Source: Actinomycetota bacterium (GTDB lineage Bacteria; Actinomycetota; Actinomycetes; JAKEEW01). From it: DNA of 43,216 bases. The DNA is taken from the NCBI GenBank assembly GCA_046725875.1, contig JBKOZJ010000085.1:1-43216 (forward strand), written 5' to 3'. The notes beneath the pieces are model-generated. The model searched no databases and was not told the DNA's origin. It was given only the letters and a program-made list of their open reading frames with translations. This document shows positions 1 through 8,602 of this stretch, piece after piece (positions within the stretch are counted from its first letter, which is position 1; the number at the start of each line of letters is the position of its first letter). The translations under genes were made by a program, and so were the position numbers.

Positions 1-77
1 ATTGATTGGCAATACGCCAGATCATGTCGCCAACACCCGGTCGCGCGAGGACCTTGGCGGATTCCCAGTCGGTTCCG

Positions 78-480
78 TCAGTAGACGTACCACCATCCGT
101 TGCCGAGCGGCTCCCCTTCGGCGAGGTAAGCCGGATACCCGGAAGAGGTCGATCAGAAGATCAGCATCGGCCTCCCCGTCGAAGTAGACGTAGCCGACGG
201 CGTCGTCCGGTATGCCGACGAACTAGGGCATGAAGACGACAAGCCTCCCGTCCTGGCGGGTCACGGTGGCCGCCCGGCCATTGGTGGACAGGTCGGCCAG
301 ATACCGGGGCAGCCGCCGCCCATCGCCCGGTGTGCCCAGCCGACCGTGGTGCACGAGGTCGGCCACGCGAGCGACCCCGGCCGATGGACCGCGTAATAGC
401 TGCGGGTTCGACCACCGACCAGTTGGTGAGGTAGCAGAACGCCGAACGCTGTCCCGCTTTGCCGGATCCACACGGAACGG
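78..480 (-). pseudogene. Decayed hypothetical protein (ends ...GIPDDAVGYVYFDG...LGNGWWYVY*)
   Basis: Protein-like reading can be stitched across frames; in-frame TAG at 223-225, at least two frameshifts, terminal TGA at 78-80; 5' boundary approximate. Confidence 0.5.
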
Positions 481-497
481 ACCACGGGTCGCCGCGC

Positions 498-1766
498 TCA
501 TACCGCATAGGGTCGCGCCAGCCGACCTCGCCCGCCACCAACCCCGTCGACACCTTCGAAGGCCATCTGTCTGCCCGCCCACAGGCGAAGCACCAGCCGC
601 ATACAAAGACGTTCTGCGTGTCGATGCGGCATGTAGGAACGTCCTCCTGATGCGCTAGTCGGGCTTGGTGTCCCATCGCAGGAGGAGGACGTTCGTGGGC
701 AAACAGTTGATCCGGAGACCGGTCGCATCGACAAGGCCGCGATCTTCACCCAACGCGTGGTCGCCCCGCACCGGACCCCATCCGGCGCCGACACGGCCGC
801 GGAGGCGGTGTCGATCTGCTTTGCAGAACGCCGCCACGCCGATCTGGACCAGATCGCCCGCCTGCTGGGCGTCGACCAGCAGATCGCGCGGGCCGAATCG
901 GCGAGCTGGTCTACGACGACCCGGCGGACGGTGCCCTGGTCGCGGCCAGACAGTACCTGTCCGGCGACGTACGCGGGAAACTCCCCCGCCGCCCGGCAGG
1001 TCAGCTTGACGATGTCTCGCCGGCGCTGGCTGAGGTACCAGTCGGCGGTCTCCTCGATATCGATGGTGGTTCTGAGTACGGCGGTGTCGGCAGGGTTCAG
1101 TTCCGCGAGAGCTTCACCCCGGGGCGAGATGATCACGGTCGGGCAGTGCTGGTGAGGATCGGCGACGTTCGCGGCAAGCACGAACCGCTGGTTCTCGGCT
1201 GCCCTGCTGATCAGATGGCTTCGCCAGACTCCTGGGGGTTCTGCGGGGTTGGCAGCATGAGTGAGGTAGATGAAGGCCTGTGCTCCGGCGGCCGCGAGGT
1301 GCTGCCACCGCTCGGGGAAGCGGATCTCGCGGCAGATCTGGACGCCGACGGTGAGGGATCCGCCGTCCAGGTGGAGCCGGAGGGTGGGAAGCTCGGACCC
1401 GGCTTCCAGGCGCCCGCGTTCATTCATCGCCAGGTTGATCTTCCGGTAGGTCCATTGGGTGCCGTGGGGGGAGATGTAGAGGGCGGCGTTGGACCAGGTG
1501 CCATGCTCATAGAGCAGCGATCCGCAGAACAGGTGGACGGCTTGTTTGCGGACCAACTCGGTGAGGCGGCCGGTGGCGTGGGCGAGCGCGGTGGGGTCGA
1601 GGCGGCCGAGAATCGAGAGGTCAGGGCCGTATCCGGACAGGGCCCCTTCGGGGAGCACGACGATCTCGCCGGGCTGAGCGTCGGCCAGGACCCCCGCGAT
1701 GGCCGACAGGTTCTGTTCGGTGTCCCAGGTGACGGGGATCTGCGCCACCGCTACCGGCGCTTTCAT
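498..1766 (-). CDS. Carbon-nitrogen hydrolase (nitrilase superfamily); true domain ends near 1000, rest is probably read-through
   Basis: Glu-Lys-Cys triad motifs LPEG, YRKI, ICREIRFPE; SRAAENQ; SD AGGAG upstream. Confidence 0.85.
   Translation of the reverse strand: MKAPVAVAQIPVTWDTEQNLSAIAGVLADAQPGEIVVLPEGALSGYGPDLSILGRLDPTALAHATGRLTELVRKQAVHLFCGSLLYEHGTWSNAALYISPHGTQWTYRKINLAMNERGRLEAGSELPTLRLHLDGGSLTVGVQICREIRFPERWQHLAAAGAQAFIYLTHAANPAEPPGVWRSHLISRAAENQRFVLAANVADPHQHCPTVIISPRGEALAELNPADTAVLRTTIDIEETADWYLSQRRRDIVKLTCRAAGEFPAYVAGQVLSGRDQGTVRRVVVDQLADSARAICWSTPSRRAIWSRSAWRRSAKQIDTASAAVSAPDGVRCGATTRWVKIAALSMRPVSGSTVCPRTSSSCDGTPSPTSASGGRSYMPHRHAERLCMRLVLRLWAGRQMAFEGVDGVGGGRGRLARPYAV
703..990 (+). 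pseudogene. Internal fragment of a DarB-like large DNA methylase/SNF2 helicase
   Basis: Reads VDPETGRIDKAAIFTQRVVAP...ADTAAEAVSICF...DLDQIARLLG, frameshift near 899, then GELVYDDPADGALVAARQYLSGDVRGKL; KAAIF..RV and YLSG.VR.KL are motifs I recognise from this family; no start or stop. Confidence 0.7.
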
Positions 1767-1774
1767 GTGTGCTC

Positions 1775-1915
1775 CTACATCTCGAACGACTCACCAAGAC
1801 TGAGATCCCACGCACGAATCACGTCGTCGACGATGGTCGGCAGGTCAGCAAGCCAGCGAGCACCGTCGTCGCCCCATACGGCGACGACATTGCGTGCCAG
1901 CGCCTTTGTGATCAT
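1775..1915 (-). pseudogene. N-terminal 46-aa stub of an APH(6)/hydroxyurea-resistance kinase-like protein
   Basis: MITKALARNVVAVWGDDGARWLADLPTIVDDVIRAWDLSLGESFEM*; ATG overlaps the ROK gene stop (ATGA); G..WL..LP....W.L pattern. Confidence 0.6.
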
Positions 1916-3108
1916 GCCGGCATACTAGGGTCGCGCAAAAGCGCCTCCGTGAGCAGCAGGTCGAACGCGAGCTCCGCCGTCCCGACGCGTTGGCCCCGGC
2001 CCCCGAGGTTGCTTTGGACCACGGGCGGCGGTGACTTGCGGCGAAACCGCATGAGTGCGAAGAGGTACGCCCGCTGGAACGCGCCCGGCGCCAACTCGAT
2101 GAGGGTAGCCGCCGTGCCAGACACCGTCACCAGGCCGGGGTCGGCGCCGTTGACGAGTGCGCCGACGCCCCGACCGAGCGCCGCCGAGACGGCACTCGTC
2201 TGGGCAACAGCATCCGAGTCGCCCCGCCGCGCCCGCTCGAGAACCTCCGCCGCGGCACGGCGAATTGAGGGCCGCGGCTTCTCGCGGCCAATACCGGCCA
2301 AGGCGAGATTCCCGACGTCGAGGTCCCAGCAGCCCCGGCTGCCGCAGTGGCAGCGGCGGTCGCCGCCGTTGCCCAGCGGCATGTGACCGAACTCGCCGCC
2401 GGCCCCGTGCGCGTCGGGCGCCGGACGCCCGTTGATGAGCAGTGCGCCGCCGACGCCCGCGTCGGCATGTATATGCAGCACGACGTCCTGGCCGCGGGCG
2501 GCTCCCCGGCGGGCCTCGCCGATACCCGCAGCCGTGGCGTCATTCACAGCCATCATCGGGACGCCAAAGTCCGCGAACGGCGTGAGGGCGTCGACGTCCG
2601 CCCAGCCCATGAGGGATGCTTGCGCGATTCGGCCACGATAAATCGTGGCCGGCGCGCTGACCGTGAGTGCTCGCGTGCGGCCCGGCAGCTCGGTAGCAGC
2701 CGATCGGACCGCCTTGGCAATCGTTGCAAGGGCGCCGCTGCTCCGCCGTCGATCATGGTTGCTCTCGATGCTGTGCAGTGTGCTTCCGCCGATCTCGACC
2801 ACGTCCATGGTCCAACCGTCGTAACTGATCGCGACGGCAACGACGACCGGCCCTTCGGGGTGCGGAACCAGTTGAGCGGTCGGTCGACCCGGCCCCGAGC
2901 TGCGGGCCTCGGTGTCCGCCTCGGTGAGCAGCCCGCGATTCTTGAGGTCGGCGACCAGGACGGTTGCAGTTCCCCGGCCGACACCGACCTGTCGGGTGAC
3001 CGCGGCGCGGGTGGGCGGGGCCGGCGCGTCGTGGACAGCGCGCAGCATCCTCAGGAGGCTCGCCCGACGGAGATCGCGCGCGGTGCTCGGTCCCGTCTTC
3101 GCCGCCAT
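1912..3108 (-). CDS. ROK family transcriptional regulator
   Basis: N-terminal HTH, NDATAA, GVGGAL, GEFGH, CHCGSRGC zinc motif. Confidence 0.9.
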   Translation of the reverse strand: MAAKTGPSTARDLRRASLLRMLRAVHDAPAPPTRAAVTRQVGVGRGTATVLVADLKNRGLLTEADTEARSSGPGRPTAQLVPHPEGPVVVAVAISYDGWTMDVVEIGGSTLHSIESNHDRRRSSGALATIAKAVRSAATELPGRTRALTVSAPATIYRGRIAQASLMGWADVDALTPFADFGVPMMAVNDATAAGIGEARRGAARGQDVVLHIHADAGVGGALLINGRPAPDAHGAGGEFGHMPLGNGGDRRCHCGSRGCWDLDVGNLALAGIGREKPRPSIRRAAAEVLERARRGDSDAVAQTSAVSAALGRGVGALVNGADPGLVTVSGTAATLIELAPGAFQRAYLFALMRFRRKSPPPVVQSNLGGRGQRVGTAELAFDLLLTEALLRDPSMPA

Positions 3109-3136
3109 GGATCAGATGGTCGCACAGAGCGACCGG

Positions 3137-3161
3137 TATATGCTCTCGGTTCGAGCAAATA
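3137..3161. promoter_or_regulatory. Palindrome between divergent ROK and HAD genes (candidate ROK operator)
   Basis: TATATGCTC-N7-GAGCAAATA, 9-bp arms with one mismatch. Confidence 0.4.
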
Positions 3162-3181
3162 CACCTCAGCAAGGAGGCCGC

Positions 3182-3838
3182 GTGACCACCCCGGCACTCA
3201 CCGCGCACATCGCGGCCGTCCTGCTCGACATGGACGGCACGCTCGTCGACTCTGATGCAGCGGTCGATCGCTCCTGGGCCCACTGGGCCGGGATGCGCGG
3301 AGTCCACTTGGCCGAGGTCGCCCGGGTGATCCCCGGTCGGCCAGTTACCGAGTCTGTGGCGCTCCTGGCGCCTTGGCTCGATCCTGCCGAGCAGCGCGCG
3401 GATGCCAGAGAGTTGCTGGCTTGGGAGCTCGCCGACCTCGACGACATCAGACCGACCTGCGGCGCTGTCGAGCTGCTCGCCGCCCTCCGCTCATGGGATA
3501 TGCCGCATGCGATCGTGACCTCGGCCGGCGAAACCCTCGCCCGAGCACGCCTGTCCGTCGCGGGTATACCGGTCCCGGACGTCCTGATCACTTCCACAAT
3601 TGTCCGACGCGGCAAGCCCGACCCCGAGGGCTACCTGTTGGCTGCCGAGCGGTTGGGCGTGGCAGCGAGCGCGTGCATGGTCGTCGAAGACACGCCCGCC
3701 GGCGTCCAGGCCGGGCTCGCCGCCGGCGCCGTCGTCGTCGCCGTTCGCGAGGTGCCGTCGGCTCACCTTTGCGTCTCGGACCTGCACGAGCTGCGCCGTC
3801 TAATCGAGCGCCAGCTCGACTCGGCCCAGTCAACTTGA
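3182..3838 (+). CDS. HAD-IA family phosphatase (sugar-phosphatase-like)
   Basis: DMDGTLVDS, IVTS, GKPDPEGY, VEDTPAG; GTG at 3182 after AGGAGG. Confidence 0.9.
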   Translation: MTTPALTAHIAAVLLDMDGTLVDSDAAVDRSWAHWAGMRGVHLAEVARVIPGRPVTESVALLAPWLDPAEQRADARELLAWELADLDDIRPTCGAVELLAALRSWDMPHAIVTSAGETLARARLSVAGIPVPDVLITSTIVRRGKPDPEGYLLAAERLGVAASACMVVEDTPAGVQAGLAAGAVVVAVREVPSAHLCVSDLHELRRLIERQLDSAQST

Positions 3839-3900
3839 TCACCACGACCCGCTGGCCGATGGCGGTTGGCGACGGTGGGTCAGACCGCCATGCTTAGCTC

Positions 3901-5247
3901 GTGAGCGAATGGGTGGGACAAAGCGCGGCTCAAATCGCCGCGGCGGTGCAGGGGCATAAAGTGACCGCGCGCGCTGTGCTTGACGAGCATCTCGCCGCGA
4001 TCGCGGAGCGCGACCGTGAGCTGCGCGCCTTCCGGGTCGTCCGGATGCAGGAGGCGCGCTCCGAAGCCGACGCACTCGACCGGCGGCCGGACCTGAGCGA
4101 GCTGCCGCTTGCCGGCGTGCCAGTCGCCGTCAAGGACAACGTCGCCGTCGCAGGAGAGGCGATGCGGCGCGGCTCGATGGCAACGTCCAACCTTCCCGAG
4201 ACGGCGGACCACGAAGCCGTTCGCCGGCTCCGGGTCGCCGGTGCGATCATCGTCGGCCTCACCAACGTACCCGAGCTGACGATCTTCGGGACAACGGAGG
4301 GCCCCTTCGGGATAACCCGCAATCCGAGAGACCCGGACCGGGTGGCGGGCGGCTCTTCCGGGGGCAGCGCCGCGGCGGTGGCAGCCGGCATGGTGCCGCT
4401 GGCGCTCGGGAACGACGGCATGGGGTCGATCCGCATTCCGGCTGCCAACTGCGGCCTCGTCGGGCTCAAACCGGGGCGCGGGCTCGTGCCCTCCGGCCTG
4501 AGCGTGAACGACTGGTACGGGATGGCCGAGAACGGCCCGCTCGCTCGGACGGTGGCCGACGCAGCGCTCATGCTTTCCGTGCTCGCCGACCGGCCCGAGC
4601 TCGCCACAGTGGACTCGGCCGAACGCATGCGAATCGCGGTTTCGACCAAGTCGCCGGTGGTCGGGCTGCGGATCGACCGACACTTCAAGGCCGCGACGAA
4701 CACCGCCAAGGAGATCCTCTCGGCCGCGGGTCACAATGTCGCAGTCGCAACTCCTCGTTATGGAGCCGGCCTGCCCTCGGTCGCGCTTATCCATTGGACC
4801 GCCGGCGCGGCACTCGATGCTGAAGGGCTCGACCATCGCCGCCTTGCTCCGCGAACGCGCCGACACGTCGCAGTTGGGAGGACCGCGCAGCGGCTGCGGC
4901 TCGTACAAGAGAAGCCACGCGAGCGGTGGCGCGCGCGGGCATGGCAGTTTTTCCAGGACCACGACGTCCTGCTCACCCCGGCACTCGCGTGGCCGGCGCC
5001 GCGCGCCCGGAACTGGCACGAGCGCGGCTGGATGCGCAACTTCCTCGCCAACCTCTATGCTCCGATGGCCGCCCCATGGAACTTGGCCGGCTGGCCGGCC
5101 ATGGTCGTCCCGGTCGGCGACCACCCGTCCGGCCTCCCGGCCGCCGTCCAGCTCGTCGCGCCGCCCGGCGGTGAGGCTCGGCTCCTCGCCCTTGCCGCCG
5201 AGCTCGAGCTGGCGACCTTACGGCCTAGGAATTCGCTTTCAGCCTGA
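3901..5247 (+). CDS. Amidase signature family protein
   Basis: VAVKDN, GGSSGGSAAAV, GNDGMGSIRIPA (Ser-Ser-Lys triad). Confidence 0.93.
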   Translation: MSEWVGQSAAQIAAAVQGHKVTARAVLDEHLAAIAERDRELRAFRVVRMQEARSEADALDRRPDLSELPLAGVPVAVKDNVAVAGEAMRRGSMATSNLPETADHEAVRRLRVAGAIIVGLTNVPELTIFGTTEGPFGITRNPRDPDRVAGGSSGGSAAAVAAGMVPLALGNDGMGSIRIPAANCGLVGLKPGRGLVPSGLSVNDWYGMAENGPLARTVADAALMLSVLADRPELATVDSAERMRIAVSTKSPVVGLRIDRHFKAATNTAKEILSAAGHNVAVATPRYGAGLPSVALIHWTAGAALDAEGLDHRRLAPRTRRHVAVGRTAQRLRLVQEKPRERWRARAWQFFQDHDVLLTPALAWPAPRARNWHERGWMRNFLANLYAPMAAPWNLAGWPAMVVPVGDHPSGLPAAVQLVAPPGGEARLLALAAELELATLRPRNSLSA

Positions 5248-5275
5248 GTCGGCAGCCGAGAAGAAGCTGGCTACG

Positions 5276-6306
5276 TCACCAGTCGGTCCAGTCGGGGAAC
5301 TGCGGCTCGCTCACGCCCGGCTGCAGCGGGGTCAGGCCGGCGCCGTTCGGACGGATCACGTTCAGGCCGGGGGCGAAGATCAGGTACTGGCCGTCCGGGG
5401 ACCAGTCGGCGAACTGGGCGAAGGCGTCGGTGAGCCGGTGCTGGTCGGAGCCGTCGGCGTTCATGAGGTAGAGGGCGAAGAACGGCCCGACGTCGCCGGT
5501 GGTCAGGCAGTCGGGACGGTCGGTGTTGGAGCAGTCGTCGCGGGTGGACGCGAAGGCGATCTGGTGGCCGTCCGGCGACCAGGACGGGAATCCATCCTCG
5601 CCGGGGTATCGGTGAGGCGGGTGATCCCGGTGCCGTCCGCGTTCGTCACGTAAATGTTGTAGTCGGGATCAGTGCCGGAGGCGCCCGGCTCCTGCGACAT
5701 GAACGCGATCTTAGTTCCATCGGGGGACCAGGCCGGGTACTCGACATAGACGTCGGCGGGGATCACATGGAGCCCGGTCCCGTCCGGGTCTGCCACGCAG
5801 GCCCGGAATCCGAAGGACACGCCGCGGGCACAGTTCCACAGAACCTGCCCGGCGGGGGACCAGGTCGGCCCCCAATCATCGGCCGGGTCCCGGCTCAGGT
5901 TGTGCTGCCCGAAGCCACGGGCGCTCATCACGTAGATCTCGGTGTTGCCGTCCCGCTCGGACCGGAAGGCCAGCGTCGTCCCGTCCGGGGACCACGCGGG
6001 GTCAAAGTCGTGCGCGGGATCGCTGGTCAGCCGGTGCAGCCCCGACCCGTCCGCGTTGACCACCCAGACGTCCTCGGTCCCATTCGAGAAGGCGATCCGG
6101 CCGGCCAGCGAAGACACGTCGATGGAGCCGGAAATGGTCGGCGACGGTTCAGAACTCGCGCGAGAGTCCGGCGAGACCCGCGTGGACGGCGGGGGAGGCC
6201 CCGCCACCGACCCGGAATCGGCATCCCCGCCAGACGTGCACCCGGCCACGACCACAGCGGCTACCCCGACGCCCAGCCGAAGGATCAACCTCGCGCCGAA
6301 GGACAT
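5276..6306 (-). CDS. TolB-like PD40 beta-propeller lipoprotein, one frameshift near 5603
   Basis: Lipobox VAGC, repeated P.WSPDG..IAF; restoring one base in the G4 run joins ORFs 5503-6306 and 5276-5464 ([14 protein letters not shown]). Confidence 0.8.
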
Positions 6307-6852
6307 ACGTTCCTCCTTCTACTCGCCCTGGCCCACTCCGGTTACACCCACCGTCGTCCAACGGTTCCGTACGCCACGCCGGCGCCAGCTTCGGGATCGT
6401 CAACACCGAACCGAAGCCTTAAGTATTCGCATCGCATGCCCGACCAGGATGGTGATTTCCGGCGCCACCCCGGTCGCTCGTTTCAACGTCGACTGAAACG
6501 GTTGCGCCGTCGCGGAGCTGCCCAGAAACGTGGGGAAGCGCGGTCGTAGCTACGCCCGACCAGTGACGTACGGAGGGTGGGAAACCAGCCATGCGAAGAT
6601 CAGCAGCCGCTGTGGCAGCCGGAGGATTGGCCTCGGGCCTCGGTGCTCAACCGGCCGCACAGGCCCGCTGTTCGAGGGCTTCGCCGTCCTCCTCAAGCAC
6701 GTTCCCGCGAAGCCTTATCCGCGAGGGCGGGCCGTGGTCAGCTCAGCTAAGGCCCCCGGCCGCCAAAGATCGGGCGATCTCCCAATGTGGTCGGCATCCC
6801 TTAGGGACCACTCTCGAACGTATCCGAGGAACGGCGTTCGAGGAGGGCAGCA

Positions 6853-7044
6853 GTGACCGTCACCAGCGACTACTTCACCAAGCTCGTGTCGGAGCAGCGC
6901 TCCGTCGGTCTGCGTGAGGAGGCGGCGGCCTACCGCCTTCGTCCTGATGATCAGCGCGGCTCGGTCCTCAGCCCGCACCGTGCGGAATCGCGGCGGACCA
7001 CGGGACGCACAGACAGCGTGTATCAACTTCGAGGCGCGCTATGA
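6853..7044 (+). CDS. Small hypothetical protein (63 aa)
   Basis: AGGAGG at 6841-6846 before GTG; stop overlaps next ATG. Confidence 0.55.
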   Translation: MTVTSDYFTKLVSEQRSVGLREEAAAYRLRPDDQRGSVLSPHRAESRRTTGRTDSVYQLRGAL

Positions 7045-7223
7045 CAGTTATCGATTTTCCATCCCGGCGCCGTCGGCCGGGGGCGCCACGGTGGGAGCGC
7101 GCTCCTGGATGGCTAGGCGACGGGTGGTACCGCCCGTTGAGGTCTGTCGTCCGGTCTCGCGCCGAGGAGTCCGGCTGCATCACCAGGGCATCCCGGTCGG
7201 CCCTCACGGGGGAGGGGACATGA
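7041..7223 (+). CDS. Small hypothetical protein (60 aa)
   Basis: ATGA overlaps at both ends; GAGG upstream. Confidence 0.4.
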   Translation: MTVIDFPSRRRRPGAPRWERAPGWLGDGWYRPLRSVVRSRAEESGCITRASRSALTGEGT

Positions 7224-7360
7224 AGCGGATCCGTGTGCAGAAGCCGGTGCAGCGGGGGCGTTCGGGGTCGGAGGTGCTTCCGGTTGACCCATATGACCCG
7301 GATGTACGTCGGGCCAAGGCGCTGGCCCGCGCCGCCGGCGGGGGAGTGGCGACCAAGTGA
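7220..7360 (+). CDS. Small basic hypothetical protein (46 aa, MKRIRVQK...LPVDPYDPDVRRAKALAR)
   Basis: GGAGG at 7211-7215; ATGA and GTGA overlaps with neighbours. Confidence 0.6.
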   Translation: MKRIRVQKPVQRGRSGSEVLPVDPYDPDVRRAKALARAAGGGVATK

Positions 7361-7923
7361 ACGCGGTGAACGCTGGTCGTAAACCGCAGGCGCGCCGGGC
7401 GGCCCGCTTCGAGCGTGATGTGCTGCCGCATCTGGATCGGCTGTACGGCCTGGCGCTGCTGCTGCCCGTCGACTGCGACGCCGCCGAGGATCTGGTCGAG
7501 GCGACGTTCACCGCGGCCCACGCCTCGTTCCACCTGCTCCCGGCCGGCGCGGACCCGAAAGCCTGGCTCTACCGCATCCTGCTCAGCGCCTACCGCGGCA
7601 GGCTGCGCCCCGAGCCCCCGCCCGCAGCCGTCCCGGCCGACCCGCCCGCCGAGGCTGTGCCGCCCCCCGGTTCCGGGCCGGCGCTGATCGAGGCGTTGCG
7701 CCGGGTGCCGGACGCGGATGTCAAACACGCCCTCCGCCGGCTGCCCGTCGAGGTCCGGGTCGTGGTTTACCTGGCCGACGTGGAGGGCTACGCCTACGCC
7801 GAGATCGCGGCCATCACCGCGACGCCGACCGCGACGGTGACCGCACGGCTGTACGACGGCCGCCGCCAGCTGCGGGACCGTCTGCAGACCCACGCCACCG
7901 GACCGGTCTCGGTGCTCCGATGA
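7357..7923 (+). CDS. ECF sigma-70 factor, SigR/SigH-like, divergent
   Basis: ARFERDVLPHLDRLY, AEDLV, KAWLYRIL, VYLADVEGYAYAEIA, GRRQLR. Confidence 0.85.
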   Translation: MNAVNAGRKPQARRAARFERDVLPHLDRLYGLALLLPVDCDAAEDLVEATFTAAHASFHLLPAGADPKAWLYRILLSAYRGRLRPEPPPAAVPADPPAEAVPPPGSGPALIEALRRVPDADVKHALRRLPVEVRVVVYLADVEGYAYAEIAAITATPTATVTARLYDGRRQLRDRLQTHATGPVSVLR

Positions 7924-8441
7924 GCGTCCGCGACCTCCAGGCCGGCCGGCTGGGCCGCGTGCTGCACTCGCTGTCGGCCGCCGGGCTTGGCATCGGCGAA
8001 CGGAACGAAGCGAGCCGGTCCGGCCGGACGTCCCCGCCCACCGGCGAGCAACCGACCGATCCCAACCACCGCGACGACCCACGAGCCTCCTCGATCCTGC
8101 GGCGGCTCAATGCCCCGCAACGCGGCTGGCTGCTCGCCGCGATCGGCGAGGTGGAACGCCCGCGCGCCGCGTCCGGCGAAACACCGTCGCGGGACGCCCT
8201 GGACGATCTGCTCGCCGATATGGGTTGCCAGATCGACCGACACGGACCAGCCGCCGAACCCCGGATCCAGCCGCTCGCCGACGCGCTGCGCGCGGCCAGG
8301 CCGGTCGCCGCCGCCGTGCTGGCATCGCCCGCGGAACCCGACGTCGCCCGCGCCCGGGCTTTCCTCCACCTGGCTCGCGCCGCCGCTCGGCAGCCCCGGC
8401 GGAAGCGCGATACCCTCACCGCGGCCCTGGCCCGGACCTGA
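7920..8441 (+). CDS. Hypothetical protein (173 aa)
   Basis: ATGA-coupled to the sigma gene; helical-looking C-terminus; no HxxxCxxC anti-sigma motif. Confidence 0.55.
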   Translation: MSVRDLQAGRLGRVLHSLSAAGLGIGERNEASRSGRTSPPTGEQPTDPNHRDDPRASSILRRLNAPQRGWLLAAIGEVERPRAASGETPSRDALDDLLADMGCQIDRHGPAAEPRIQPLADALRAARPVAAAVLASPAEPDVARARAFLHLARAAARQPRRKRDTLTAALART

Positions 8442-8602
8442 TGCCGCGGCCGTCCGCCACCGGCCAAACTGGAGGGCGGAGCGTCCGCTGGTGACACACC
8501 TGACTGTCGGGCTCGACCCTTGATGCCGTACAGCGGAAGGTGAACGCTGCCAGGCACGGCCAGGTATCACGAGGGCCGCGAACTGGCCCGTGGGAAGGTC
8601 CG

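Noticed and set aside
6530..6856. 108-aa ORF overlapping the first microprotein start (GTGA), a possible sixth cascade member
   Set aside because: No SD, non-protein-like composition, and it spans the likely promoter region
8530..8600. PHO box upstream of the PhoX-like gene
   Set aside because: Only a single GGTGAAC (reverse GTTCACC); no convincing 11-nt direct-repeat partner
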